A stretch of DNA of 64,000 bases from Amphiscolops sp. MND2022 (GCA_964187785.1 OZ076409.1:30382001-30446000); one strand, 5' to 3'. Positions 50,700 to 63,468 are shown, counted from the stretch's first letter. Made by a program: numbers and translations. The notes: generated by a model not told the origin, from the sequence alone.

Positions 50700-53600
50700 T
50701 CAGATCGGTTCGGTCTGGACTCCTGATAATCTATTTTCATATTGAGCCGTAGTCATAGCGTCAAGTCGTCTAAAGTCAGGGTTTGCGTTAGTTTTAGGAT
50801 TAGGTCGCAGGTTACAATTCGCTGTTTTCCTCGGATTATATCCAACAACTGTAGGCGGTGGACTTGGTGGAATAGGTGGACTTTCAGTGGGTGGGGGCCG
50901 ACGTGTATATGGATTATCTCCCACGTCTGTAGTAGGGTTTGAAAATTCCGGAGACGGCGGCGCCACGTCATTTGTGACTTCGATGTAATTTCAAGGCATT
51001 TGTGGCGTCGTGTCTTCGTCATTCCTATTTGTCACTTCTTGTATTTCTACGTGTTGGTTTTTTTCTGTACTTTTTGATGTTTTGTGTTCACCAATCTGCT
51101 TTCCAAAATCCATTTCCCATGATACCGCGTACCACTCATTGTGCGACACCTTAACGCCTGGATCGGGAAGATATTCGTTTGCTCGTACTGTGACGTCAGG
51201 CATGCGTTGTTCTGGCACGTATGGGCGTATTCGAATTCTATGTAGCGTCTGTGTTTATCTCGTGCCAAGTTTTCGTATTGTTAAGTTGTTATTTGATAGT
51301 ACTTTTATCACGATATACGGTCTTGTCCAGATGCAATCTTGGAACGCAAACTTTGTCCATTGGTTGTCAGCTTTCGGGTTGAGAATATAGCAGTAGTCGT
51401 TTACTTTGAGCGGAGCCGCCGACGCTTTGCGGTCGTAATGTTTTTTGTATTTGAGGTAAGACAGCATGATATTGTCCTTTGACGTTGCTCGCACTTCGTC
51501 AATTTGTTTTTGTAGTTGCTCTGCTATATCCGAGTTAGGCGTTGTTTTCCACTTTGGCTTGATGCCTAACTTTAGGTCTAGAACGTTGTAGGGTATGCGT
51601 CGGTGGAATACTGTAGATGGTTCACAACCTACGGTTTCATGATACGTTGTATTGTATTTCATGACTGCGATTTGGACGTATTTGTGCCACATTGAGCGTC
51701 TTTCACCCGTCGATATTTTTGGTACAGTTTTGATTGAAGCGTGCGTTCTTTGTAGAATTCCAATCGTTTGTGCATGCTTTGTAGACGCGTAGCTAATTTG
51801 GAATTCGAGTATTTGCGTTATTTCTGCGACAATTTCTGACCTGAATTGTGAGCCTTTATCTGACAAGAATAAGGTTGGTAGACATGCATGTCTTGTCATG
51901 ACGTCTACAATGCATCGTCCAATTGTTTTCGCTGTGACGGTCTGCGTTGGATATGCAAATAAATAACGTGAGAACACATCGATCATTGTGAAAATGTTCT
52001 GATATCCTGCAGAGTTTGGTAGATTCGGCAGTATGTCGATTTCGAGTATGTCTTCCGGTCCCAATACGTGTTCTGTATTGGTGATCCTTTACGGGCGGAT
52101 TTGGCTGTTGTTGATTCCTTTGTACTTGATGCAATCTTCGCAATGCAATACCCATTGTTTGACTTTTTTTGCTAATCCAGGGTAGTAATATTTCGATCTG
52201 CATTCTTGGATCATTTTGGTGACTCCTGGAGATGCTTTCCCATTTGTCCGTGGATGGCTCTCAGCAGTCCTGTGATCAGGTGTTCGGGGATTAATATTTG
52301 GTGATGTGGGACTTGTCCACATTCCCCGTAGTATTTTCGCATTAGGATTCCGTCTTTGACTATTAGCCTATTTTCGTGGACTAAGAGGCGTTTAGTTTTC
52401 GGGTCTATTTGTAGGAGATGTCTATCATATTCTTCAAAGATAAATTTTCTTTTGATTGCCTTGAAGACCAAATCTGAGTCTTGTTCAACTCTGATGAGTG
52501 CGTCTTCTTTGATTGCCCCAAAGGTGTATGATGCCTTGTTTATTGGGATTGGGGTAGTTTCTTTGATTGATAGTTTTATTTTTGCCATCTCTTCGTCACG
52601 TGCATTTTGCCTCGCTCGTTCCTTCTGCAGGAGGATCTCTTACTGTGGATTGTAGGTTTACTTGTATTGGTTGGGTCGTAATGTCGTTCCTGATTTTTAG
52701 TTCGACTCTTCCCTTATGGTTGAGGTCAATTCTCGATAGGAAATCAGCTGCGATGTTTTGCGTCCCCGCCACGTGCATGATGTGAAAATTGAATTGCAGT
52801 ACGTAGTCACATGCATTCCATAGTGTAGGGGAAAGCGCTTTTGTTTGGACAAACCTCGTTACTGATCTGTTGTCAGTCATTACAAGAGTTGGTAGGGTTG
52901 TTTCCCACAATATGTGGCTGTATTCTAAGAATGCGTGATAGATTGCCAGAAATTCTTTGCAACAAAGTGACAGCATCAGTTGTGCTGGTGAGAATACTTT
53001 TGATCCAAATGCTACAGGAGCAAAAGATATCTTTTTGGAATTGAGTTTTTGTCGTTCTCTTCTTCGATCATTAGCGCATATCCCGAGGCGCGAAAACTAG
53101 AGTCTGTCATTAGGACGTATTGTCGTCCTGTGATTTGTTCTTTGAGAGCCAATCCGCATGCCTGCGCCAGCGCTGCGTTGATCGCTTTGTAGTTATTTAG
53201 CAATTCCTCTGTGACCTTGATTTGTTTGTCTGCTTAGAGTAGCTCGTAGAAACCGAGTAGTTTTTCTGACAACCGCGGAATATAGTTGCGGTAGCAGTTG
53301 ACAAAGCCTATGTATCTTTGTACCTGTTTCTTTGAATTCGGGAATCGTTGGTAGGGTTTGCTAAGAATTTCTGGATTTTGTGGTCTTGGGGGCGATTGCT
53401 TGTGGGGTGATCGTTCTTCCAAGGAATTCGACCTCGGTCACTCCAAAATGGCATTTGTCGATTTTTAGTTTAAGTCCTGCTTGTCTGATGCATTCAAACA
53501 CAGCTCGGATGTTTCGGATCAGTTGCGTCATGGAGTTGGCAGCTATTCCAATATCGTCTAGATATTGCGCGCACTGGTCAACTTTGATTACTTTATCCAG

Positions 53601-56600
53601 ATATTCTCTCATGAAGCTTGAAAATGCTGACAAAGCTCTGCTTAGTCCTTGTGCCAGTCGTTTGTATGCGAAGGTTCTGCCTGCAAAGTTGAACGCTAGC
53701 ATTTCGATGGATCTTTGATCCGCCATTTGTAGGCAGTGATATGCCTGAGAGCAATCTAATTTACAGAACATTTTTTTCAGCTAGGTGTTGGGCTGCGTCT
53801 GACAGGGTGCTGACTGGACGATTGTTGTTGATGTAGTCGTCAGATTTCAGTGCGTTGATTTTTCGTAGGTCGACAAGTAGACGTAGTTTACCATTTGGTT
53901 TACGTTGTGCGAAAATCGGGCTGGCATATTTTGAAAATGGTAATGTCGTGATTATGCCATACCTATGCATGAGCGCTAGTTCGACTGTTAGGTCTTCTTT
54001 CAGGTTGACTGGTACTGGTAGGCTCTGTGTATACATGGGGCGTTCGTCTTTTGGCGTCAGTTACACTTTGAAGCTGTTGTTGATGCCAATGTCAAGTCTG
54101 TGACGCGCAAAAATGTCGTTGTATTCAACAATCGTTTGCTCAAGTTGTTTTCTGTCATTTCCCTCAATCTGCGATCCTTCCCATTTGAACATGTCGAGGA
54201 ACTCTTTCCTTCATTCTGGATCTTTGGTGGGGTCGAGTTGTTTTTTCTTTATAAGTTCTCTGATTTCTTTTAATATTAGCCGTTGTATCGGCGTGTGTTC
54301 ATCTTCGTTTCCCGGGTTTTCGGGTGTTAGGAACCAGAGCTTTTCGTCGTTTTGTTCGTTATTTGTGGATTTCATGAGCTCATTTACATACATGTGCGTG
54401 TCATCTGGGTCTTGTAGCGTGGTTAGTGTTGCAACATCTATGGGTCGTATCTGTTTGTTATCCTCTGGCTTAAGGATTTGCAATTCTGCCAGTTTGGTAT
54501 GGTTTTTTATGGTGTGAGGGAAATCTGTCAAGTTGGCTATTCGGAGGTTGATACAATTGTTATGAGCTGTGGCCAGTGCTTGTGCAACGATGATGGTGGC
54601 TGTTTCATCAAACTATGGTAGCGGTTGTACTACGCCTGTGATGTCGGTTGCATTGGTGGTAATGACTTTTGCATTTACTGTTGTTGTTTGTTGTGGTAGC
54701 AGCGTCTGATTTCCTTCGGCCATGATTTGGAGCGGTTTGGGGTTACATTTTTTCTTTTCGTCCTGTTATGGCTAATGTCATTTCAACGTGTGGGAAGGTG
54801 ATGGTCCCGTTGGCAGTATCTATCACTGCTTGGTGGTTTCTCATGAAATTCAGATTATGGGGAATGACGTCTTTGATAGGATGACAAAGGTGTCGGTGAA
54901 CGTGTATGTTCCATATTGAATTGAATATCAGCAGTGGCAATAGGTTGTTCTGGTTGGGCGTTTGCGCATTCGATCTTGAAAGGAGGTTGTGGGTATTACT
55001 TTATCACGCAATTGTCACTGTTCATTTTAATGGCGTTGTAATCAGACCATGACATGGCGTTGATGAACGCTCCTGAGTCAACGAGGCCGTCCATGATTAT
55101 TTCGCCGAATTCGAGTGGCAAATACAGCATTCGTCTTCTGTTCTTGAGGACTATAGTCGAGTGCAGAGGTATGTAGGTATCCCCATCTTTTTCGGTTATG
55201 TATTCTTTGATCGAATTAAGTGAGGTGGGGATTTCGTCGTGTAAGATAGATAACCTTGTGGGGCCGTGGGTATTTGCTTCTTTCGTTTGTGGCGGTGGGT
55301 GGTCGTCGGTGACATTTTCATTTTGGTCTATTTGGGTTGTAGCTGTTTGTTCTTTGGTGGGGCAAGGGAATTGTACGATGGGGTTTGCATTACGTGTACG
55401 GTCGTCTCTGTAGTCTTTGTCTTGAGTGTAGGTTTCTTCCCTTTCTGGTTGTGGTATTGGTCTTCTTTTTGAGGCGAGTGCTTGTTGTCTCAACCAGTCC
55501 TCTGTTGGAGTGCCGACGCACTCTATTGTTGAGTAATCTGTGTAAGTAGTGGGGGGATCTTTTGGTGGGTCTATTACGCAGGCGCCCGAAAGGCAGGCGC
55601 GACGTAAATAGTTTTTTGATTCGTCTCCGAAATTGGTTGTCGATTGTTGGGTGGAAGTTTCCGTGTTCCTTTTTCTTTGGAAGTGTCGTTTAGGTCTCGG
55701 ATCGTTTGCCGAGTTGGCTCCATTCCAGCAATCTTCCGTTTTGTGAGGTTTTCCGCATGTATCACATTTAAGTGTGGTGCCTGCGTTATTTTTACTTTGG
55801 CCGTTGTTTTTCCTTGTCTGTTGCCATTTATCCCTTCTCAGTTTTTGACATTCTGCTTTGAAGTGGCCAATTTTATTGCAGTAGAAGCAGTATCTTTTTT
55901 GGTGTTCTGTGTCGTGTTCTCGACTTGTTTTGCCTCTTGTTTTGTTTGGGCAGGTTCTATTTTTTTTGAGTGGTACCAGAGTCACTTCATCTGGCGCTCC
56001 AAGGCCGTTGAGTCGCATTTCCCGCTCCAAATGGAGTACTATATCATTGTATGGTTTGTCCTCAAGATACGCCCTGTTGAGGATTTTCTTTACATGATCT
56101 GGCATTTTCGCGTAGATTGCTTTGTCAATAAACTGTTGAGCTTCCGAACCGAAAGCCTCTTTCGCCATTTTTGGAGTACGTCCAGAAATTCATGTAGTTT
56201 TTGTGTTGCAGGATCAAATTTGAGTGAGTCCCACTCGCATCTGGCTTTTGCCATTGACAGATAATCTCCAAATCGACGTTTAAAAATTGTCACTATTTCG
56301 TCTAACGAGTCCTTCTTGGAGTCTTCAATGTTGCCGAACGCCTGGAGGGCGTCTCCTCTTAGCAACGATTGAAAGTAGTTGATTTTTGTGGTTCCGTGAG
56401 GTGCGGATACATTTTTATGTTGTTACGAAACAAGTCTTCAAAAAGGTCGAATTTGTCGGATTTCCCATCGAAAGTTGGGAGTGATGCCGTTAAAACTTTT
56501 GGCATGGGTAGTGTGGTGGAGTCAGTCTTTTCTGCTCGGAATAGTGTTCTGGCCACCGTTGGGCGTTCTTTTGCCGCTGGTTGACCCTGGGACCTTATTT

Positions 56601-56649
56601 TCGTCGTCTTTGGGTGGTTTGTGGAGTCGGTTAGGACTCCTGTCACCAT
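50700..56649 (-). pseudogene. gag-pol of element D
   Basis: Knuckles CFYCNKIGHFKAEC and CDTCGKPHKTEDC, protease LVDSGA, RT QYLDDIGIA, RNase H LMTDSSF/KEFLAIY/TDN, integrase HHCC plus D,D(35)E (E>Q) and a GPY-like WTRPY. There are multiple frameshifts. Confidence 0.96.
56636..56648 (-). promoter_or_regulatory. Primer binding site of element D (tRNA-Leu-like)
   Basis: TGGTGACAGGAGT follows the LTR terminal CA directly. It is one mismatch from the tRNA-Leu-type PBS TGGTGTCAGGAGT. Confidence 0.7.
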
Positions 56650-59047
56650 GTTACGACTTACATTCGTGTCTCAGGGTCGTTTTTTTGTGTAGAGTTGATT
56701 CGTACTGTTTTCGTCGGGGTGTGGAAACTCCTTGTTTCATTTTCCGTTTCATCTACCGTGTTATTTCTTATATTTTCCCCTGTTTCAGATCTCAGAAGCT
56801 TCAACATTTCTCTTTGAGATTCTAGGAGGAGATTTCTAATCTCAGAAGTAATTTCTTCCTTCAAGGAAGCTCTCAAACTCTCAAGGAGCTATTTTTTATC
56901 CTAAGGGACTTTGGTCTTGAGGGACCTGTTACGTCTATATCCTGATTTGAAGAACGCGAGTTCTCCATGTTTATTGGTGAAATGAAACCTTCACTTACGA
57001 TGTCTTCAGCATCTCGCTGAGTGTTTTTCCTTTTTTGGCTTCTTGTCGTTGACATTTTGATGAAGAAAGTTTGGATTGAAGAATTCAATTTTATCTTTCA
57101 AGATTTTTCAACAAAGTTGAGTTGGATTGAAAATAGATGCAAATGAGTTAAATAGCTACTGGTTTCTGCAATTTAGAAAAGACTGAGTCCCTTAATCATC
57201 AAATCTTATCATATTTATACCCTTCCAGCATCATTTGACGACAACTAGAACCCTAATTTTCCTCAAACAAATAGTCATTTCCTGTTCATCAATGAAAAAA
57301 TCACGAAGATCCCAAAATTGCGACAGCAACTCGTCAATTTTAAGACACGACGATTTTATTCTAGCATTAGTCAACGACCATGATCAAATCATTTCATCCC
57401 GGCGTCCCTTTGCTTCACCCCAAGCAGGAAGTAGATATTTTTTCAGTCTGTCAAACCGGAAATGCTTCCCTGTTTTACTGCTTTGGTTCGCGGGAAATTG
57501 ACGCTGCGATGGCGCTGACGTGAACAACTAACACCTGATTTTGAAATTCAGCATGAGAAAAATATGACTAATTTCCAAATCATTATTTTTGAGCGATGCT
57601 AGGAACGATACTTTTATGAAATTGTACTCTTTCTTTTCGTTAGGAATAAAATTAGGATTACGATATTAACATTCATTAACAACATTTTGGCCTTGTCGCA
57701 ACAAATTCGACAAGTTGGCAACGTAACTTTAACAACATGAAACTTTAAATACAGCAACATAATATTAGTACATTCTGGTGTTAATAACTGCGCTCACAGA
57801 ACAATGGTGAATGTTGTACAAAACCAGCTCAATATGAATCAGTGGATAGCGAATACTGGTCCTCAAGCATTTGGTTTACAAATATGCTCCGGGTATAAAA
57901 ATACATTCATTTTTCTATTCTCAAGGGCATAAACTGTGACCTTTATGATTAGTGTATAACAAAATCCCAATTAAAGTTCATTTCTTACTGTAAGTTTAGG
58001 TGTACGATATTTTAAATGACGAGCAACTGACGCAGATTCGTTAGGCCACAATCTTTTAATTAAGATTTTAATAAAAAGTGTATTTCCTCCGTATTAGTTT
58101 CATTTAGATGAGAAATCCGTTTTCCTATCCTGGAAAAGTTAAACAACTGAAATTGGTAAATTTTGACATCGTTTTGGCGTAGTTTCCTTAACTCAATCGA
58201 GCGGATTTGTCTAATTCCTCTAATTTCATGAACTTGTCGTCGTCACTAGGACGCATTTTCTTGGCATAACTAAGTTCTGCCAAGTTTCCCGCATCGTTGA
58301 CGCATATTTTAGGACAAGTATTCAGTTAGTTACCAGTATCGTGACGTCACGTTGGCGGAAAATTGGAATGATTTCTACTAAGGCCTTTAATATAGGCGGT
58401 TAAATGGAATGTTTTTCTGGTAAGCATATGCGAGGAAGTGACGTCACACGATATCTCTTCAAAACTTGTCTACGCCTTGTTGACGACAAACGTACATGTA
58501 TACTTATTTCTACTGCTATTTTGTTTACTTAGCGCAGTGCTGACGTTCTAATCCGCATTAATTGCCGTTCAAAGTGCAATTAAGTTATCTTTCTTAGAAA
58601 AGGCCAAATCTCTTCTGCGTGCCATCTCAATGTATTTTCTATTTTAGATCTGATTGATGTTCCTTTTGGAGATGATTTTGGAGATGTTTTCATTTAGATT
58701 AGCATATGCTCTCTTTGTTTTAAAGCATGTTTAGATTTAGTTTTCAGGTGGCGAATGTTACTATTTTGACGTGACTGAAACGTCTTACCGTAAATGTGTG
58801 AGAACATTTTAGCTCATTTCATTCTCTATCTTCATTTTTCATTTTGAAAGTTGCGCGAAGCGGACGTATGTTTCCGTATTTACAGTCACAGTTTATTTTA
58901 GTATTAGTTCGAGAGTTTTAAGGTACTACCTTACCTTATATTAGTAATATCCAAAATACCACCTGGGGAATCTCAGACTACACCCGTGCCCTATTACGAT
59001 TCCCACTCGTTTGCGGTGACAGTCCAGACCGGGAGCGGGCTGTGACA
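56649..59047 (-). repeat. 5' LTR of element D (2399 bp), including the Gag leader from 57054
   Basis: Direct repeat of 42948-45292. Minus-strand TATAAATA lies at ~57212-57219, and the ORF MSTTRSQKRKNTQRD... reaches the LTR edge. Confidence 0.95.
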
Positions 59048-59759
59048 GTTCTCCCTGGTTGTTAACTTGCTTGGGGATTGTACCAATGAATTCATCATCG
59101 GAGATATCCGGGTTATTAATTGTAAACCTTCAAACTAGAAGATAATTGTCCTGCGCCGTCGATAGAACGGCCGCGTTGGCGTTTTCGCGCTAGAGAACAA
59201 AGTGTTCGTTCTACGTTTTGATCACCTCGTACGTCCTGCCAATATGATTTGAGGATTTTTTTCTCCGTTATAGGTGTCGATGACGGAGTTGGTTGTCCCA
59301 GCGGTATACCCAATGAGTCTTCTTCATCGCGAGCGAGCAGGAAACAGTCTCAATTTATTTCGGAATTGTTCATAAATTTAATTGATAATGCGAAGGAAAG
59401 TTAATATAAGTGCTTCGTTTGAAGTATAATACCGGAATGAGAAATCCTTTTGATGAAAAACATTCACCGCGCATGTGTGATTGGGAAGGTTTTAGCTGGC
59501 GGGCTGATGACTTCCATTACGTCAAAGTATTAGTTATTGAGAAGAGTTCTTCTTTGGTATTGTTTCTTCTTTGACTAATTTTTTGAGTGTACTGTATCCG
59601 AGTGTTTGCTTGCGAAAAACTACATGGCAGAATCGACAGATTAGGATACGGCTCAGTTTTTTCGATCACAGAAAAGTGAAGTGTTGGAGAGTAAAGTTGA
59701 GTCAGTAGTGAGGGATAGAGAAAAAGTGGAGTAGAGAATCGACAGCAGTTTTTTGAAAG

Positions 59760-62700
59760 ATGGGTATCGAAGCTGGTCTGCAGTGCGATGATGATGGGTC
59801 CCCTGCATCCAGTATGCCTGCAGGCTTCCGCGAGAAGGACTATTATGACGGCGATGATGACACTTAGCAACAGGAGCGATGATGACAATGGTGACGGTGT
59901 ATCCGTGTACTCATATGTTAGTGATGCCAGACACACACTCGACTATTTACAAGAACGACAGATTAGGCTTTCCAGATATTTGTTTTTGATCAGTTAACAA
60001 TTTTGATCCTAACGTTCGGACGCCTCCTGTCCAGTTTCTGGTTGTTTGTTGAGGTCGCAGTGAGGATTCAAAAAATGAACGTTTTGTTCCTGGTAGCTCT
60101 TCAAAGACACCCACTGTTCACCGCAGCAAACGTCTGCATTCGAAACGCCAGGAAGTTTCTGCAAAGCGCACACTCGGTCCGTTGGTTTGGACGAATCAGG
60201 GGATGAAAGTGAATCCGAGGGTTTTCTGAGCGACTGCCTGAAACCATTAGGTATTCTTTCTTGTCTCGGTGCTCTGTTTTTTGCCTATGTCATGAGTGTG
60301 TTGGGTATTGTTCCAGACGTTTCTCCTGCCTTGCCTTGTGGGAACATGCTTCAAGATCTGGGGCTTGGTTCCGGCAGTGATGTCGTGGAGACGCACATTC
60401 CTGGTGGAGATGCTTTGGATTGAATCCCGTTCAGACTCATGAACGTAGCCGAAGGCGAACCCAGCATAAACGTCCCACAGAAGGGTCGGAGCGTTCTGTC
60501 TTGCTCAAAGGTTATTAATTGTTTTATCGTTTTCAAAAGTGGTTTATAATCATGGGTAACCGTCTGTTTTGCACAATTGATTTCTTATTACACGGTCACC
60601 GCCTTCTTCCAGCTGAATTGTCTGATGACCCTACTGGTTCTGTGTGTATGTCGTCGGCTCAGGCTTTTGTATTCGGTTAAGCTGCAGTTCGCCTGGAGAG
60701 GAGTCATTCCGGGCTCCTGGAGCAATCCTTGTCTCGCCGTAAGTGTTGAAATTTGTTACATTGTCTTTTTTCGTTGTATTTCGTGTTTTTGTTTCTCATT
60801 TGCCTTTTTGTTCTGCAGAATCGATCCTTGTCGTGTTTTTTGTTATGACGGTTTGTGTGTGCTGCAGGGACTGACGAGATGCGAGCTCTCTTGAAGAGTA
60901 AAGGCATCAGAATTTACTGCTCTCAGTCGTCTGTTGATATAGTGGAAGTGGTTAAGATCAAGCTGTATGCGAACTATGAGAAACGCAGGAGAAGGCAGAC
61001 AAAGAGGCATATTGTGATGAAAAAGATGGCAGAGCATCTGTTACGGCAGCCATTCGTTAGCCAGCGGTCCGACAAGATCCCTAATGCCTTCAAAAGCGCC
61101 ATTTGTCGAGATTTTTCTGAGTCGAGTCGAGGCGAACCAGACACTTAGCTGCATTATGGCAGTAAAATCTGTTTTCTGAAGAACCGGCGTTACTGACTAG
61201 ATCTAGAAGATGTCATCTACACCGCACGGTTTAAATAAGTTAAATAAGTTGATGTTCCCTCAATTTCAACTGAGCTGCACGCTGAAATGGAACAGGCTCC
61301 TGCAGTTGTCCTTGAAAAGAGGAATCCTTTTAAGGGGGATGAAGTCGATACTCGTGAGCGTATGTTCAAATGTGCTATCTTCCATACTTGTTGGCGGGCT
61401 GTTCCAGTTGCTTCGGAGTGGTGTGTCTCATAGTATCTTGAGACGCTTATGGAATCAGTTTCGCATCTCATTACAAGATGAGACGAATTATGTCCAGGCT
61501 ACGTCGAGGAAGATGGAAACGTTAGTCATCGTGAGTCAGACGCTCTATTCACGTCTTTTGCGCCGAGTTCAAAACTGGTGTAAAAACTTGTTCTTCAGTA
61601 TCAACTTCCGCGATGACGGCGATGGAGTTTGCTGTTCGTGGCGGTGTTTGTCAGCTAGTGCCCTTCGTGTAGTGTGCGTCTTTTGGGAGACGTTTTCTGC
61701 TGGCATCTGTGATGACGCGGGTCCTTGCTTTGCTCTCTCCTGGATAATCTCACGCGTCTCTCTTGCGTTGCTCCTGTCCATTCAACGTGTTTAGCGTTCG
61801 GCTTGAAGAGCATGAGGTGCCAGTGCCCCTGTTTATTGTGGAGTGTTCACCAGAGTCTTCTCAAGAGCATGTGAGTGGGGCTGGGTCAATCAGGGCCCAT
61901 TCTTTGGATGCTTTCCGCCGTACTGAAATACCTGTTGCTGGCGACTCACTAAGACAATCAACCAACCGTGGATATTGAATTTGGCTACTCTGCGTACTTG
62001 TGTACAGCGGCATCCGATCATGTTCGAGTCTTTTCTTTGTGTGATGTATTGGATGAGTTGGTTCGTCGTTGGGACAATATAAGGTTGTTTTCGAAAGAAA
62101 GTGGAGCTGTGCCCGCGCCCCGAGCAAAAAATTCAATTGATAGTCGCTGATACCTATGTCCTGCCGCGGCTCGGTCTTCTGTTTCGGACAACAGCCTGAA
62201 ACCAGTGCTACAAACTACAATGTCACGCCGATTTTTTTTACTGCAGCCTCTTGTGCAAGATAGTTGTTCGAACAATGCTTATGTGTACAGTTTAACTTCA
62301 GTATCACACACGTGCACTATAGTGTAACCTTCAGAATAACGCACATATTTTGTGCCCCCGTGTTTGGTTTTCATCATTTGGTCTTTTTCGCTTATAACAC
62401 ACACTTCAGAATAACATACTTGAGCGTTTTCTCCCAACGAGGTGTGTAATACTGAAGTTAAACTGTAGTTTCTCAGGAACGAGCCGGTTGTCGCGTTAGC
62501 TCTGGGCAACCGTGGGGATGCTGTCCGTCATAGTTTCCTTCGCGAAGGTCATAGCTTCCTGATGGAGTTCCTGAATGTTTTGAACTTCTCTCGTTTTTCA
62601 AATTCGCGTCTGCTATCATGACTGAGCTGCTTTTCCCTGATATTCTCTTACAAGCTGGCGAAGTATATACTGTTTCATTATTTCGGGATTTAACTGCTTG

Positions 62701-63468
62701 TCTTCAAGAGTGTGGGCGTCTTTTGTGGATCGTCGGCGTCGGAATCAGCGAGTCATCTCGACTGTTAAGGCTAACTTCGCTTTCTGGCATCAGACGGAGT
62801 TCTTGGGTTGTCGAAGTTGCTTGACTCAGGTAGTGCAGCTTATTTCTGTCGCGGTGGTATCTCGGGGCGCTAGTTATCCTGCTGTAGATATTTAGGTGAG
62901 CGGTTGTGCCCCGGAATATTTTGACTTCCTCAATTCTTGCTGTGCAGTCATACATTTCCCATGGTAGTTTTTTCTCTGGATAGTTACTCACAGAGAGGAT
63001 TTGTCTAAAGGAATTGAAGGTGAAATTGCCCGCTGACAAGGCGTTTATGGAGGATGCGTCGTTCACGCGTTGGAGGCCATTGTACGAGCATGGACGCAAG
63101 GATTTTTACCAGGGTCTGCGTAACAAATTCAATACCTACTATCTGGAGCAGGTTTCTGAGAGCGGAAAAGTGCAGGCTTGAGCGTTTTTGTTGGTCTTGG
63201 GTCACCATCCAAGTCTCAGAACGCAACTGATCCGCTTTCTCATGGTCTTCCTCCAGTTGTTTTCATGCGGCCGCTTCTGTGTCTCAGTCTCTTGTTGTCG
63301 AGGGTTCATGCGAGATATCTGTGCTTTCATACTGTTCCAGTCGGTCTTGTGATATCACCCGAGTTCTGGAGGAGAAGAGAACAACCCGGAGGGGTAAAGG
63401 TTCGACCAGTACCACAAGGGGGAGTTGGGCCACTTGTTCAAGAATGCGCGGGACGAAAAAATAGTTGA
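59760..63468 (+). pseudogene. Antisense accessory gene of element E, heavily decayed
   Basis: PFVSQRSDKIPNAFKSAICRDFSESSRGEPDT*LHYGSK is a finger homologue. LFQLLRSGVSHSILRRLWNQFR matches LLELLRSGGNYTLLRKLWGCFR of element D, and FPDILLQAGEVYTVSLFRDL matches CPGLLMEGDDKHVFDLFRKL. Confidence 0.75.

Larger units (their letters stand above)
42948..59047 (-). mobile_element. Structurally complete giant Ty3/Gypsy LTR retrotransposon D (~16.1 kb)
   Basis: Direct repeats at 42948-45292 and 56649-59047 with TGTTAC...GTGACA termini. Perfect TSD GTTCT (42943-42947 and 59048-59052), a PBS and full gag-pol. Confidence 0.97.

Noticed and set aside
53380..56825. Plus-strand ORFs over gag-pol (e.g. 55644-56264, 54113-54517)
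   Set aside because: These are antisense shadows of the coding strand with F/S/L-biased composition.
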